A stretch of DNA of 62,079 nt, the filler included, from Circinaria calcarea (lineage: Eukaryota), in NCBI GenBank assembly GCA_051942165.1. It is 25 parts of 25 records of this genome, joined end to end, with 100 filler letters (N's around TTAATTAATTAA, not from the genome) between each part and the next. Parts side by side here need not be neighbours in the genome. Positions count along the whole stretch, not along the records: positions 9,982 to 12,374 come from JAVECS010003576.1; positions 12,475 to 14,866 come from JAVECS010003577.1; positions 14,967 to 17,357 come from JAVECS010003578.1; positions 17,458 to 19,847 come from JAVECS010003579.1; positions 19,948 to 22,336 come from JAVECS010003580.1; 20 more parts are not named here. The stretch is one strand, 5' to 3'. Shown here one piece after another: positions 11,456 to 22,336 of the stretch. The position numbers and the translations under genes were made by a program. The notes below the pieces were generated by a model, which was given only the letters and a program-made list of their open reading frames with translations, made no database searches and had not been told where the DNA came from. Positions within the stretch are counted from its first letter, which is position 1. Every line of letters starts with the position of its first letter.

Positions 11456-13699
11456 AATCAATTTGAAAAGCAGTCCGGGAGTAATGGCAATAGACCGAGC
11501 AACGACCACAGTGGCTGGTTTGCTGGCTGTTAAATCTGCGAAGATCCTGTCGGCACACGCACATACCTGGCGTTGTAGAGACAAAACCTCCACACAGGTA
11601 TTTTGGAGCTGAGGGTGGTAGGCAATCGGCGATTGGTAATCCCCGTTTCAGCCGGATACAGCTGGTGATTTCTATGATTCATGTATACTGTATGCAACAC
11701 CTGACCACGGAATCTCACCAAAGCTGCACCCAATGGGGGCACATAACGAGTAGCACTGTTCAACATATACAAGCGAGAACGGAATGGAAAACAGACACTC
11801 TATCGATCTGAGGCATATACGCCTTAGATGCAAGAACAAGGAGTGCATCGGCAAGTGAGTTGCATGCTGAGCGTTGTATACGCCCCAAGCGGGCATAATC
11901 CCTTTTCAGTACTGGATCAACTTCGAATCCTTGGAGAGATGACTACTAGGAGTCGATCGGATGCCTGACATAGCAAAGGCCTACCCGGCCTGCGTGTTCG
12001 GCCATCCTCGATAAGAATCCCATGATAAGCTCTTTCCGGGTAAAGATCACCCTTCCATAATGCTGCGGCTGAGGTGGAGTAGTCAATTTCGATAATGGGG
12101 AGCCCACGCGGCTGGCAAAAAAAGCCGCATACTAAAACTTGCCAACCGAATTTGATCGTCTAACTAAGGCCACTAAAATTTATAGTGGTCTTTCAAAGAA
12201 TAAATACAAGGACTCTAATATTAAACGAGTAATCAGGCCTAAGTATTTTAATATACGGGTTTTTTAATTAACCGCGTAAAGCCGAATATAATTTAATTAA
12301 TAATTTTACGAATATTATTTTCGGATAATAATATTTTATAAATTATTTATTTAAAAATTAATTATATATAATAANNNNNNNNNNNNNNNNNNNNNNNNNN
12401 NNNNNNNNNNNNNNNNNNTTAATTAATTAANNNNNNNNNNNNNNNNNNNNNNNNNNNNNNNNNNNNNNNNNNNNCCCCCCTTCCTCCTCTCCCACTTTAT
12501 GAACCATAATTTTCTCATGACGCCGTTGCAACATCCCGAACCTGCAAACTCGGAAACGGGAGTCGGGAGACAGGAGACCGCAACTCGGTTTTTGGTACGG
12601 GTACCATAACGAAGGACTTGGATTTCCCATCTCTCATCTCTCAATCTCTCAGGCACAGACAAATCTCAATCTCCCAACCGCGCTTTCGTTTGTCCTTCGT
12701 TCGTCCTCCTCCCCTTTCCCCACTTTGCGAACCCCCGCATTCCATTCCATTCCATTTCATTTTCATTTCAAACATGAACATTCGGATCCCTCCGGGACCA
12801 GCTGAACAAACACCCGGTCGAGGGTTTTTTGGGGGGGGGGGGGGGAAGGGGTTTGAATTCTTCGAATCAATGAGACCCTAAACCTAGCTTCTATCTACCG
12901 TTTGACAAACAGGGGGGGCAGAAACTCGCCCGACACATACAGGGCTCCTGGCTTTTATGGTAGGAGTCGAGGTCGAGGTCGAGGTCTGGTCGAGGTTGAG
13001 GTCGGGGCAGGCAAAGGCCAAACGCCAAACGCCAAACGCCAAAATTTCTTATTCTTGTCCTTATTCTTATTGATATCGGTTGTGGAGAGCCCCTGGGTCC
13101 GTGAATCTAGGGGCGTTTTGGATGAGAAGTGAGAGGTGAGAGGTTCGGTCTTTTTTGATCCAGATCCCCCCCCAAAAAAATACTGGACTGGCGAACCGAA
13201 CCGAACCTAACCTGACCTAATATATACTATAGCTTAGCTTAGCTCAGCTTCAGGCGCTGATGTGATGGTTTGGTGAATGGGAAACCGAATTCGAGGGGGT
13301 GGGGAACATGTGGTTCTGGTCTGGTTCTGGTCTGGTCTGGTCTGGTCTGGTTTGCTATGCAGATATCAATGAGCCAGACACATGAAGAACACTTTGAGGC
13401 CAACCCCCCCCGCATGCCCGCGGTGTTGAAGTTTCTTGGTATCCATCAATCAGGTTTGGTCATTCCACGTGGTTTGATATTTAATTGATTAATTACACAT
13501 GTAATCTACTTTCGTGTCTCATCATCTACGTCTGTATGGAGATGGAGCAACCCTCGTACCCATCTACCCCTTGTTCTGGCTGTAACCCTCTATTTCGCCA
13601 GCATCATCCCCCCCATCTTTAGAACACCGTCGATCCATGCCTGCACTATATATCCCAACCAGGCTTCCATGGTGATTCACGTCCCGTTGAACTCTCTGG

Positions 13700-14866
13700 C
13701 TAGCTCTTTTTCCTCTCACCCAAACCCTCGACGCCCTTGCCCCACGCGCCGGCTTTTTTTCCCCACTTCATCATCCCCCATGCGTGAACCCAGGGGATCT
13801 TTGGGGGTGACTCCTCGCTCGTCCGGAAGGGACTGGCCCCATGCCTAAACCGGACCTCGTTGTCTTCGGTCGGCTTTGGACTGGTGTTCGGATCAACCTT
13901 GACATCCGCAGCTCCACTCTTACCAACCGAAGCTCGTACTCCTGGCACCTCGGAGACGCCCTCCCATCTCCTTACTGTCCTCCCGACCGGTCTCCACCAC
14001 CCTTCTTCCTCTCTGGCCCACCATCTATTCCCACACATTTCCCATAATCGACTTCTAGCTCTCTTGTACGCAAATTTCTCGTCCTCTCCGGTAAAGATCC
14101 CGGTACGCTGGAAGTTGGGTCCGCCGCCAATCTCATTGCCGGCGCCAGGCGTACCGTCCCCAGAACCACGAACATTTCGATACCCAGAGGTAGGCTCCAA
14201 AAACTGGACGTGAGAACTTGGGGAACGCCCGGCACCATAGACAGGACCGAAATCGGAGTCTTCATCGGCGAGAATCGATCGGAGCGGGGGATTGGTGCTA
14301 GGCTGGGCGTAGGGAGTAGCTGGGAGAGGAGAGGCTATGTAGGAAGGACTAGACGATGAGGGTGTATATGATGATATATTTGGGCGGAAAGGGAGCATCT
14401 GGTCCTGATAGATCTCGCTAAAGGTCTCTGCATATGTGCCATCCGAGTGAGTCGCTTCGCCCGCATTGCCAGACATTGGATCGACAGTCTCGGGGAAAAA
14501 GATGTCATCGGGACCAGCTTCGGCACGGATAAGCAATTTACAGCGAGCTTCATAAAGAGCGTCAAGGAGAGTAATAAGGCGGCGGGCTTCGTTTTTATGA
14601 AGGAGGGTAAGGATCGGAACATCAAATAATATGATGGTATGGAAAGTAGAGGCGAGGGAGATGTAGTCTGCAGGACCGAGATTACTACCGCAGAGATCGT
14701 CAAACCCCCACATAGCAACTCCTGACAAGTGACGGGGAACGATAACATTGCGTCCATAGACGCGTAAATGTAAGCTTTGCCAAGGAATTTGCTGAAAATC
14801 GCGATATTGAGATATAGAAGAAGCTGCTTTTAGTACAGCTGCCTCCCACGTACGGTTACTCTCTTC
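13700..14866 (-). CDS. AFG1: AFG1/LACE1-family mitochondrial ATPase, C-terminal part
   Basis: VYGRNVIVP...FDDLCGSNLGPADYISLASTFHTIILFDVPILTLLHKNEARRLITLLDALYE and FTGEDEKFAYKRARSRLWEM. Confidence 0.9.
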   Translation of the reverse strand, partial: EESNRTWEAAVLKAASSISQYRDFQQIPWQSLHLRVYGRNVIVPRHLSGVAMWGFDDLCGSNLGPADYISLASTFHTIILFDVPILTLLHKNEARRLITLLDALYEARCKLLIRAEAGPDDIFFPETVDPMSGNAGEATHSDGTYAETFSEIYQDQMLPFRPNISSYTPSSSSPSYIASPLPATPYAQPSTNPPLRSILADEDSDFGPVYGAGRSPSSHVQFLEPTSGYRNVRGSGDGTPGAGNEIGGGPNFQRTGIFTGEDEKFAYKRARSRLWEMCGNRWWAREEEGWWRPVGRTVRRWEGVSEVPGVRASVGKSGAADVKVDPNTSPKPTEDNEVRFRHGASPFRTSEESPPKIPWVHAWGMMKWGKKAGAWGKGVEGLGERKKS

Positions 14867-15002
14867 NNNNNNNNNNNNNNNNNNNNNNNNNNNNNNNNNN
14901 NNNNNNNNNNTTAATTAATTAANNNNNNNNNNNNNNNNNNNNNNNNNNNNNNNNNNNNNNNNNNNNCACCCATCCTCACCCCCCGCATACAAACCCAAAC
15001 CA

Positions 15003-15046
15003 GAAACAGGAAAGAAACAGGAAAGAAACAGGAAAGAAACAGGAAA
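15003..15046. repeat. 11-bp minisatellite (GAAACAGGAAA) x4
   Basis: Direct tandem copies visible. Confidence 0.85.
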
Positions 15047-16768
15047 GAGGATCCAGAACCGTCGAGCTTTTGAAATTTCGAACAGCCGGGATTTTCACGA
15101 GAATATATTCAAACAAGGGTTCGGTCGTTTTTTTGTTGGGGGGAAATAAAAGTGGGGGGCCCTCGGGGTTATTTTGCTGAGAGGGAAGCGGCCATTGGCA
15201 TAGGTAGGTTTTACTCCTCATTTGTATAACTATGGGGAAATCTCCACGGGTCTAGGTTCCTTTGGGTTCTATCTATCTATCCAGGAAAAAGTCCCCCAAT
15301 CAGCAAGCCCGTGTCTGCTACGAAATACCCGTTCCTGTTGCGTGACGCTGTATGAACCCAGTCCCCCAACCAGTCCCCCCAAAACCACATATGACGCTGT
15401 CAGCTAATGCCCGGGACAAAGGCAGCTGCTATGCTAATTTGGCCCCCGCTGTTTGACCTCACCGCCGGCAGGGTATTGGGGCCTCCGTATCGCAATGTTG
15501 CGGCCATCGACCATCATGACCAGTTCGTACTCGACCTTGTTAGTGTCTCTTCCCCCTTCTCTCCTTGTTCCGGTTCCAACGGGAGCGATCAGCCCCCTTT
15601 TTCCTTTTGAGGAACGTCATATCGGAGGTAATCGAGCCGGTGAATCTCTGGCTCCTACATCCGGAGGCATTTGGATTCGGATACCCACCCACCCATGTAG
15701 TCTAGCAGATAGCCAAGCTTTGGCTGTGGCTTTGGCTTACCCTTGTTTCATCGGGCACTACTCAGCTTTGTGATGGGGATTCGAAAGAGCACCTCTTTTA
15801 CTAAAATTTTCTCCGTCCAGAATTGGCCGGAAATGTTATGTATTGGGGTGACGGGGGATGCAGTATTCCTTTTACTGGAGGGATTAACCTCCCCCCTAAC
15901 TAAACGCTAGATCAACGCTTTCCGCCCCTGGCCATCTTCTATTGCCAAGACTACACACAGACCCCTTTTTAAAACCCAGCCAGCCACTCAACCCGTATTT
16001 TTCTCACACATATTGTTTTCTTGCCATACATACAAGCAGCATCATTCGTGACGAAAGGTATCGTTTTGACTTTTTTCTGGTGCGGGGGCATCAAGTTACA
16101 AGTACAAGTCCCCTCGGGGGCTCGTAGGTAGGGTTTCTCCGTACGCAAGGAAAAACTCGTAACTGGAGAGAGAGAGCAGCGTGGGTTCGTTTTTGCCGGG
16201 GGCCAAATATTTTTTCTTTGGTTAAGAAAAGCTCGGAGGAAGCAGCTTCTTCCTGAAAGCAACAGCGGGGGGTTTTTTTTTCCAACTTTTGATAATCCCC
16301 CTGGGAGGTTACTTAGTCCGTATACAGAGTGAAGGGTTTATCAAAACACTTATGGGCGTTCTGGAGTCGATAAGGGGCGAATCGCTTCTTCTTCCCCTGC
16401 GGGTTCGTGATATACCTGCAAGTTCTTGCACTAACTAGAGAGTTTCGAAGAGATGGGGACCGCGGCAAAAACTACCGATCAGGATTACTTTCCATGTTAC
16501 TCTAGGTTAGTCAAGAATTTTACGACTCCTCAGGTAAGGTTTCCTGGGACTAGCGTACCTTGACGTCTAAATAAGACTGTTTTAAGTTGAAGTAAAGTGC
16601 TGGATTTAGGAAGACAAGGTTACGTCGGAGACAATAACAGGTAAAGGGAGGTACAGGGGATAAGGGCAGACCCGGCTAGGCGATATACGTCTAGGTAAAT
16701 TGGTGGGCGATTTGCTATGTAAACAATGGGGGTATATTGGAAACGAAAAGACTTCAAGTATGTGACTT

Positions 16769-17357
16769 TCACTCGCCATCCGAATCCGCAAACATATCTT
16801 CCGCCTTCGGTCGTCGCCTGCGTCCCCCTTGAGGTGGATTCGGTGAGGATCCACTATCATTCCCACCCAAGCCCAATTTGAAACCAGACCTGGGCGCATT
16901 CTCCTCACTCTGGTCAAGACCTTTCCTGGGACTTCGAGGCTGCGCTTGCGTATCCTCTCCTTCCGCTTCTGGCATGCTCTCGCCGTCTACATCCTCCATT
17001 GGCTCTCCGTCCACATCTTCATCGTCTTCCATTGGCTGCCCATCCACGTCTTCGTCTTTCGCCATTGCTTCACCATCGACGTCCACATCCATATCGCCCC
17101 CATCTGCAGTACTCGATGCTGCAATCGAATTATCCTGCTTAGCTTTTTCCTCCACAGTCTTCCACTTTGACTTTGCAGCCATCGCCGTGGCAGATTCCTT
17201 TTCTGCTGCTGCAATCGCTGCTGCCTCTTTGGCTGTCAGAGGAGGATTCATGAATACCGAGGCAAAATGCTCCTGTGCTGCCTGCGGAAACACACACCAA
17301 CCCTCCCACAAGGCTAGTACACTATTAACACTTCGCTTCCACTTCTCACCTCGCAGA
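16769..17357 (-). CDS. U2 snRNP-associated SURP-domain protein (SR140/U2SURP), C-terminal part
   Basis: RGEKWKRSVNSVLALWEGWCVFPQ (end of a CID-like domain), repeated DVDGEPM acidic motifs, terminal RPKAEDMFADSD. Confidence 0.75.
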
Positions 17358-17458
17358 NNNNNNNNNNNNNNNNNNNNNNNNNNNNNNNNNNNNNNNNNNN
17401 NTTAATTAATTAANNNNNNNNNNNNNNNNNNNNNNNNNNNNNNNNNNNNNNNNNNNNT

Positions 17459-17920
17459 AATGATCAATTCGGATGCCATTACTTCAACCTTACCGAGTCC
17501 TCCGTTACTACCTCCACCACCTCCACTTCTACTTTATCCACTTCGTCTACAAGTGTTACATCCCAGACCACCACTACCTCTGTGTCGGCCTTTACCACGC
17601 CACCAGCAAGCCCGGCATCACAGAGTACTATGCCTTCCGCCACCAGCGGATTGGGCGAGTCTTCTAAGGTCGGATTGGGCCTAGGCTTAGGGCTGGGCAT
17701 TCCCTTCCTTATTGCTACGGTAGCTGCTGCATGGTTGTTTTATAGGAGATATCGGAGAAGAGATGATAATACATACCCAGATTTGACTGAGGAGACACCA
17801 TGGCAAGACTTCAAGCAGTCTGCACCTCTCGGTAGGCCAGTTCACGAGCTCCCCGGGGTAAGCCAAGGTGGCATTGAAATGGAGGGTACGACTAGGAATC
17901 ACGAGTTACCTGGGGAATGA
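17459..17920 (+). CDS. Ser/Thr-rich single-pass membrane protein (Mid2/Wsc-like), 5' end truncated
   Basis: S/T-rich ectodomain, TM segment VGLGLGLGLGIPFLIATVAAAWLFY followed by RRYRRR, cytoplasmic HELPG motifs. Confidence 0.75.
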   Translation, partial: NDQFGCHYFNLTESSVTTSTTSTSTLSTSSTSVTSQTTTTSVSAFTTPPASPASQSTMPSATSGLGESSKVGLGLGLGLGIPFLIATVAAAWLFYRRYRRRDDNTYPDLTEETPWQDFKQSAPLGRPVHELPGVSQGGIEMEGTTRNHELPGE

Positions 17921-19502
17921 TGGGTACATGAGCTTCCCGGGACTGTTTCGTAGCGAGGATAATGGGTTAGGTAGTCCGAATCGGTTGGACGAGTGTACTA
18001 GGTCCAAGAAATAGACCTGGATAAAGGGTATATAAAGACCTTGGTCGGAGAATTGTGTATGTTTGTCATATATAAAGGCGTCGCTTAACAGCTCTCCCTC
18101 TTATTTCAATTATGCCCAATTGCTTAAGTTCTAAATAGCGTTATCCATAAATCTGTTATTAGCACTGGCCTCAAAACGTGCAGCAGCGTCAACATATGAG
18201 ATGCGTCATACAACTTATCTCTAACGGCATGGTCACAACGATTACGCTTACGTTCGTGACGCGTGCCATTGGCTCGTCAAATGGTAGTTCCGGTGTGCAA
18301 AGGCACGGAATGGCGTCGAAGTTTGACTTTCAGATTTACTAGGTGATTGGGATACCCATAGCTATGACCTCGTTACATGATGTTTGGAACTAATCCTCAC
18401 TGCACGAACCGACACTAGAGAAGCATGTTTCTATACCGACACCCTTACAAAATAGCAAGAGCAATGTTAAACTAGAAAAGATGGCCGAGGGGAGTTCTGT
18501 TTATTGGACCTCTGCCTTCTCTAAGGTTTCGGACGGAACACGGTCTCTTGAGTCTGTGGCAGCTGTGTCAGAGGAGGCGTCCTCACAGCTCAACGAGCTT
18601 TGGCGTGAGATCCCTCTGGGCTTCAACTCTTGTTCGTATTCACCCGATGAGCTTAGCGTGCGTAACTGATATCGCACAGCAAAGGGGATTCGCCTACTAC
18701 GGCTATGTAGGTTTGCCGCAAATGAGGATCTCCGCTGAGAACTTGGTAGCGATGGTTTGTTAAGTATACATTACCATTTCTGTCTTAACAGGCATCTTAG
18801 CTCTCTTAAGATAACAGAAATAGGAGGTAAGGGTGGTTATCGGGAGTGAGGACGATCGAAGGTACGAAAGAGTAGGAGAGCGATGATTGAAGGATGAGAA
18901 ATGGGAAGGTTGTTTTGGAGGAAGCCAAGTAGGAAAGATGGATTACGGGTAAAGCGCCAACGGGGCAATCCGGACATTCAAGACCGGAGGGAGGTTTCGA
19001 TAGGATACCGTGGATGCACTTGGCACTTCGGGTTGTTTTGTTGAGTTGTCAGTTCTATTTCTTCTCTTTCGTGATACGCAATCACTATAACAACAATCAG
19101 AGAGCTTCACTTCGCTTCGCCTTTAAAATTATAGCATAGTGTTAATATGTACCTTATCTACTCAAGAATCTCCTATTGTGTTCTTAAGCGTTTCATACTC
19201 ATTCCCGTGTTATTCAATTGAAATCACCCACCCGGCGTTTAAGCTAGCACAGTATTTAATCATAGAGCGGAATGCGTAACTTCACCTTCTCATCTGTGTT
19301 GTGAGTGTTGACATGCTTTAACATACCTTTAGCTACCTCGTACTAACTCAGGATCCTTTACCTTGAGCGGCCATCTCCATCTCGCCACCTTCCACGCCTC
19401 CCCTTCCACCTATACCACCCCATTACCACCCTCCATCCACAATTCACCCACCGTAACTCCCCCTTGGGCCTTTGCATCATCTGCTGAAAAGCAATAGACA
19501 TC

Positions 19503-19847
19503 ATGGCCGCCCACTCTCTCACCCGCGAACAGCACTGGTGGCATACCATCCACGAACACATCATCACGACAGCTATCTACCCCTACAAGACCGGCCTCTA
19601 TACCTGGTCTCATCTCGACAGGGAGACTCTGCACCTCGAAGATGGGCCCCATTCGCTCGACATCCGGGTTTCGAGCCTCGTGAGTTCGCCGATCCATTGC
19701 CCCCCCCCTCTTCCCCTGGTTCCCGCATCAAAACCTCGAAAAGTCGCTAATCCATAGGCAAAGATCCAAGCCGTTCGAACCCACGGCGCCGCCGTCGTCA
19801 AAGTTCGGCTCGTTTACGGCATGGCGAGGCCGGTGGGGTATGAGTGG
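19503..19847 (+). CDS. Hypothetical protein, 3' end truncated
   Basis: ATG at 19503. A GTGAGT...GCTAAT...TAG intron joins ...DIRVSSL|AKIQAVRTHGAAVVKVRLVYGMARPVGYEW, open to the contig end. Confidence 0.45.
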
Positions 19848-19947
19848 NNNNNNNNNNNNNNNNNNNNNNNNNNNNNNNNNNNNNNNNNNNNTTAATTAAT
19901 TAANNNNNNNNNNNNNNNNNNNNNNNNNNNNNNNNNNNNNNNNNNNN

Positions 19948-21100
19948 GGGATAAAATCAGGATATGTATTGTTCGACGAAGTAGTCGAAGGATCTGTAGC
20001 TATTATAGTCGTAACAGGAACACTTGCCGTTGTGTTCACTATTAAATCATATGGACGAAGTGGTTAGTTATTTGGATAAACCCTCGACCGCGTTGGAAAG
20101 AATGAAGTCAACAGAGAACTGGATTCTAATAGCTCACCGAGGGCAGTACGCCGAAGCAGAGAACATGATGAGGTACTCCAGAAGAGAATGAAGTATGCAA
20201 CGCGCATATTCTATCGCCCAATTCGATCTAATACAAATATCTCGGGAGAGAATTAAACGATATTCAAAGGCTTCGAAATGTAACGAGTACATTTCCAGAG
20301 AAGAGAGGCCAACGGGCCTCTCAAATAGAGAATCAGCTATGCTCGAAAACCAAACCAACATCATCAATCTGACAGCTTCCCCCGACAGCTTCCCCCGACT
20401 GCTGTGCCCATGGAGTACAGTAGATCCGGTCGTGAACTCAACTTCTGATCCATTACGGCGCGTAGAGACATCTTGAGTGGGTACGTACCAGGGATAGACA
20501 TGAATCGCGCTTAATTGATTGGTCCGAAACTGCGGCAGGGCGCTTTCACACCCAATCAAACCCATCTGGGCAGATATTCATAGAGCTTCTAGTAGGGAAT
20601 CTGTCTAGTGGCATCGAGTCTGGTCGCAGTGGCCAAGCCACACTGCAAGGTTTCGAGGCCGCGTTACGGTTAGGGTGCAGGAACGTTGTGGCACAGGGAG
20701 ATTGCACATATTTTCCGAGGTATGTCCTCCGTGTACATGGAGCTTTGTCGTACTTGGATGGAAACAGGCCCAGTCAAGAGGCGCAACAAACGGTTGGGAA
20801 ACGTGGAGTGGGAAGAGAGTGGAGAAATCTAACTTCAACCTCCCCGCACTACTGGCATCCTTGAGATTTTCATCTGCGTTTCTCATTCCAAATAGGGCAT
20901 ATCTGCTGTAAGTCGGACATCAAGAATATCACCTAGTATGTCTGGTTGTGGTCTTCGAATCGTCCATCATTCATACGGAGGACCGCCGTCGAGGCTGTAT
21001 CATGTCGTACCCTTATCCTAATAAGGGCGACCATTGCGGAAGAAGAGCCGCAAACATCGTTGCCTTCCAACCGTGCCTGACTACTTCCCTGATCTCCATA
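19948..21100 (-). pseudogene. Possible heavily decayed MFS sugar (alpha-glucoside/maltose) permease relic
   Basis: Ordered fragments in shifting frames: MEIREVVRHGWKATMFAALL...G*GYD, FVLDRIGR*, VPVTTIIATDPST. Weak motif-level resemblance only. Confidence 0.25.
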
Positions 21101-21581
21101 TGCAAAATGATCGCTGGTTGGGGTTGGGCTTCCGCAACCATAGCTGGGAGTCTGACAAAAAATGCCACCTTGATCACTGACGTAGAGAAGGGAATATAAG
21201 CTTCTCAATCCGCCCGGGCCGCCCTGGTAGATAGATAATACGGGACATGAGATTTGGGCCAAGACTCCGGAGTCAGTGAGGAATGTCTTGAACCAACCTT
21301 TGATGAGAGGCAACAAGCAGTACTTCATTACAAGCTTCATGTGGGCTATACTTGCTTATTATGATCTCCAACGGATGTTTGATGCTTGGTTCTCTCTGAA
21401 GGGGAAGGATCCGAGAGCTACGCCTCTAATCCAATCATGATTCCCATAATTTACAAATGCACCTCCCGCCGTAAACATTGCTTGCCCATGCTACCAAATA
21501 GACGGCGTTCATTGGGAAATTACCCTCTGTGCAGCGCGCTGAAGTCGCGATTATTCACTCGCTATACCCTACCTTTCGAGA

Positions 21582-22336
21582 ATGTCGTCTAATCTCTACC
21601 ATTCCTACGAGTATCTAACCCTCCACATCATCCCCGGCCCCAACAGCATCAGCTACTTCATCCCGTTATTCCTGCTCCCACTCGCGCTCCTCATCCCTCC
21701 CTCCAAAGCGTCTCAACTCCAACTCTCATGCATCTTCCTTCCGCTCATCTATCCTTGCATCATCCATACCTGGATCCGGGGCGGCGGCATCGATGTCATA
21801 TCCGTCAATGTCGCATTGTGGAGCACCGTCCTCATTGCACTGCAAGACTGCCGGGGAACCTACAGGCGTATCCACCTTGGAGCCCCCTCACCCTCCGAAG
21901 CACCTGAAGCCAAATCATCGGAGAATGATCCTCTAATTTACAACATTAAAGGCACGTCGAATAACTCCCCCAATGACGACGCCGGAACCTGGGAAGAGCC
22001 ATACCCAGACGAGCTTTACAGACGTCTTTGCTGGGTCCTCACCCTTCTCACCTCCGTCCGCCTCACCTACTGGAAAATCAACGACCCTCACCACGACAAG
22101 ACCCAACCCCCTGTCCGCTTAACTCGCCCCGCGTTCCTCCGCCGGGCCGCCGCCATCATCCTCCAAAGCTACATCCTCCTCGACACTGCAGCCTTCTACT
22201 CCCACCATGATCCCTACTTCACCCGTGCAGACATCGGTATCGACACCCCTCTCTCCCTCTCTCCAACCACTCCACCCTTCCAGCACATCCTTCCCCGCCT
22301 CCTCCGCTCCTCCGCCCTCGGCGCCCAAATCTACGC
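21582..22336 (+). CDS. Membrane-bound O-acyltransferase (MBOAT_2 / wax-synthase-like) family protein, 3' end truncated
   Basis: Multiple hydrophobic helices and WEEPYPDELYRRLCWVLTLLTSVRLTYWKI...FLRRAAAIILQSYILLD, a pattern typical of fungal MBOAT_2 proteins. Confidence 0.7.

Noticed and set aside
14967..16560. Possible degraded gene or transposon downstream of U2SURP
   Set aside because: Homopolymer-rich with no consistent frame or motif I could support.
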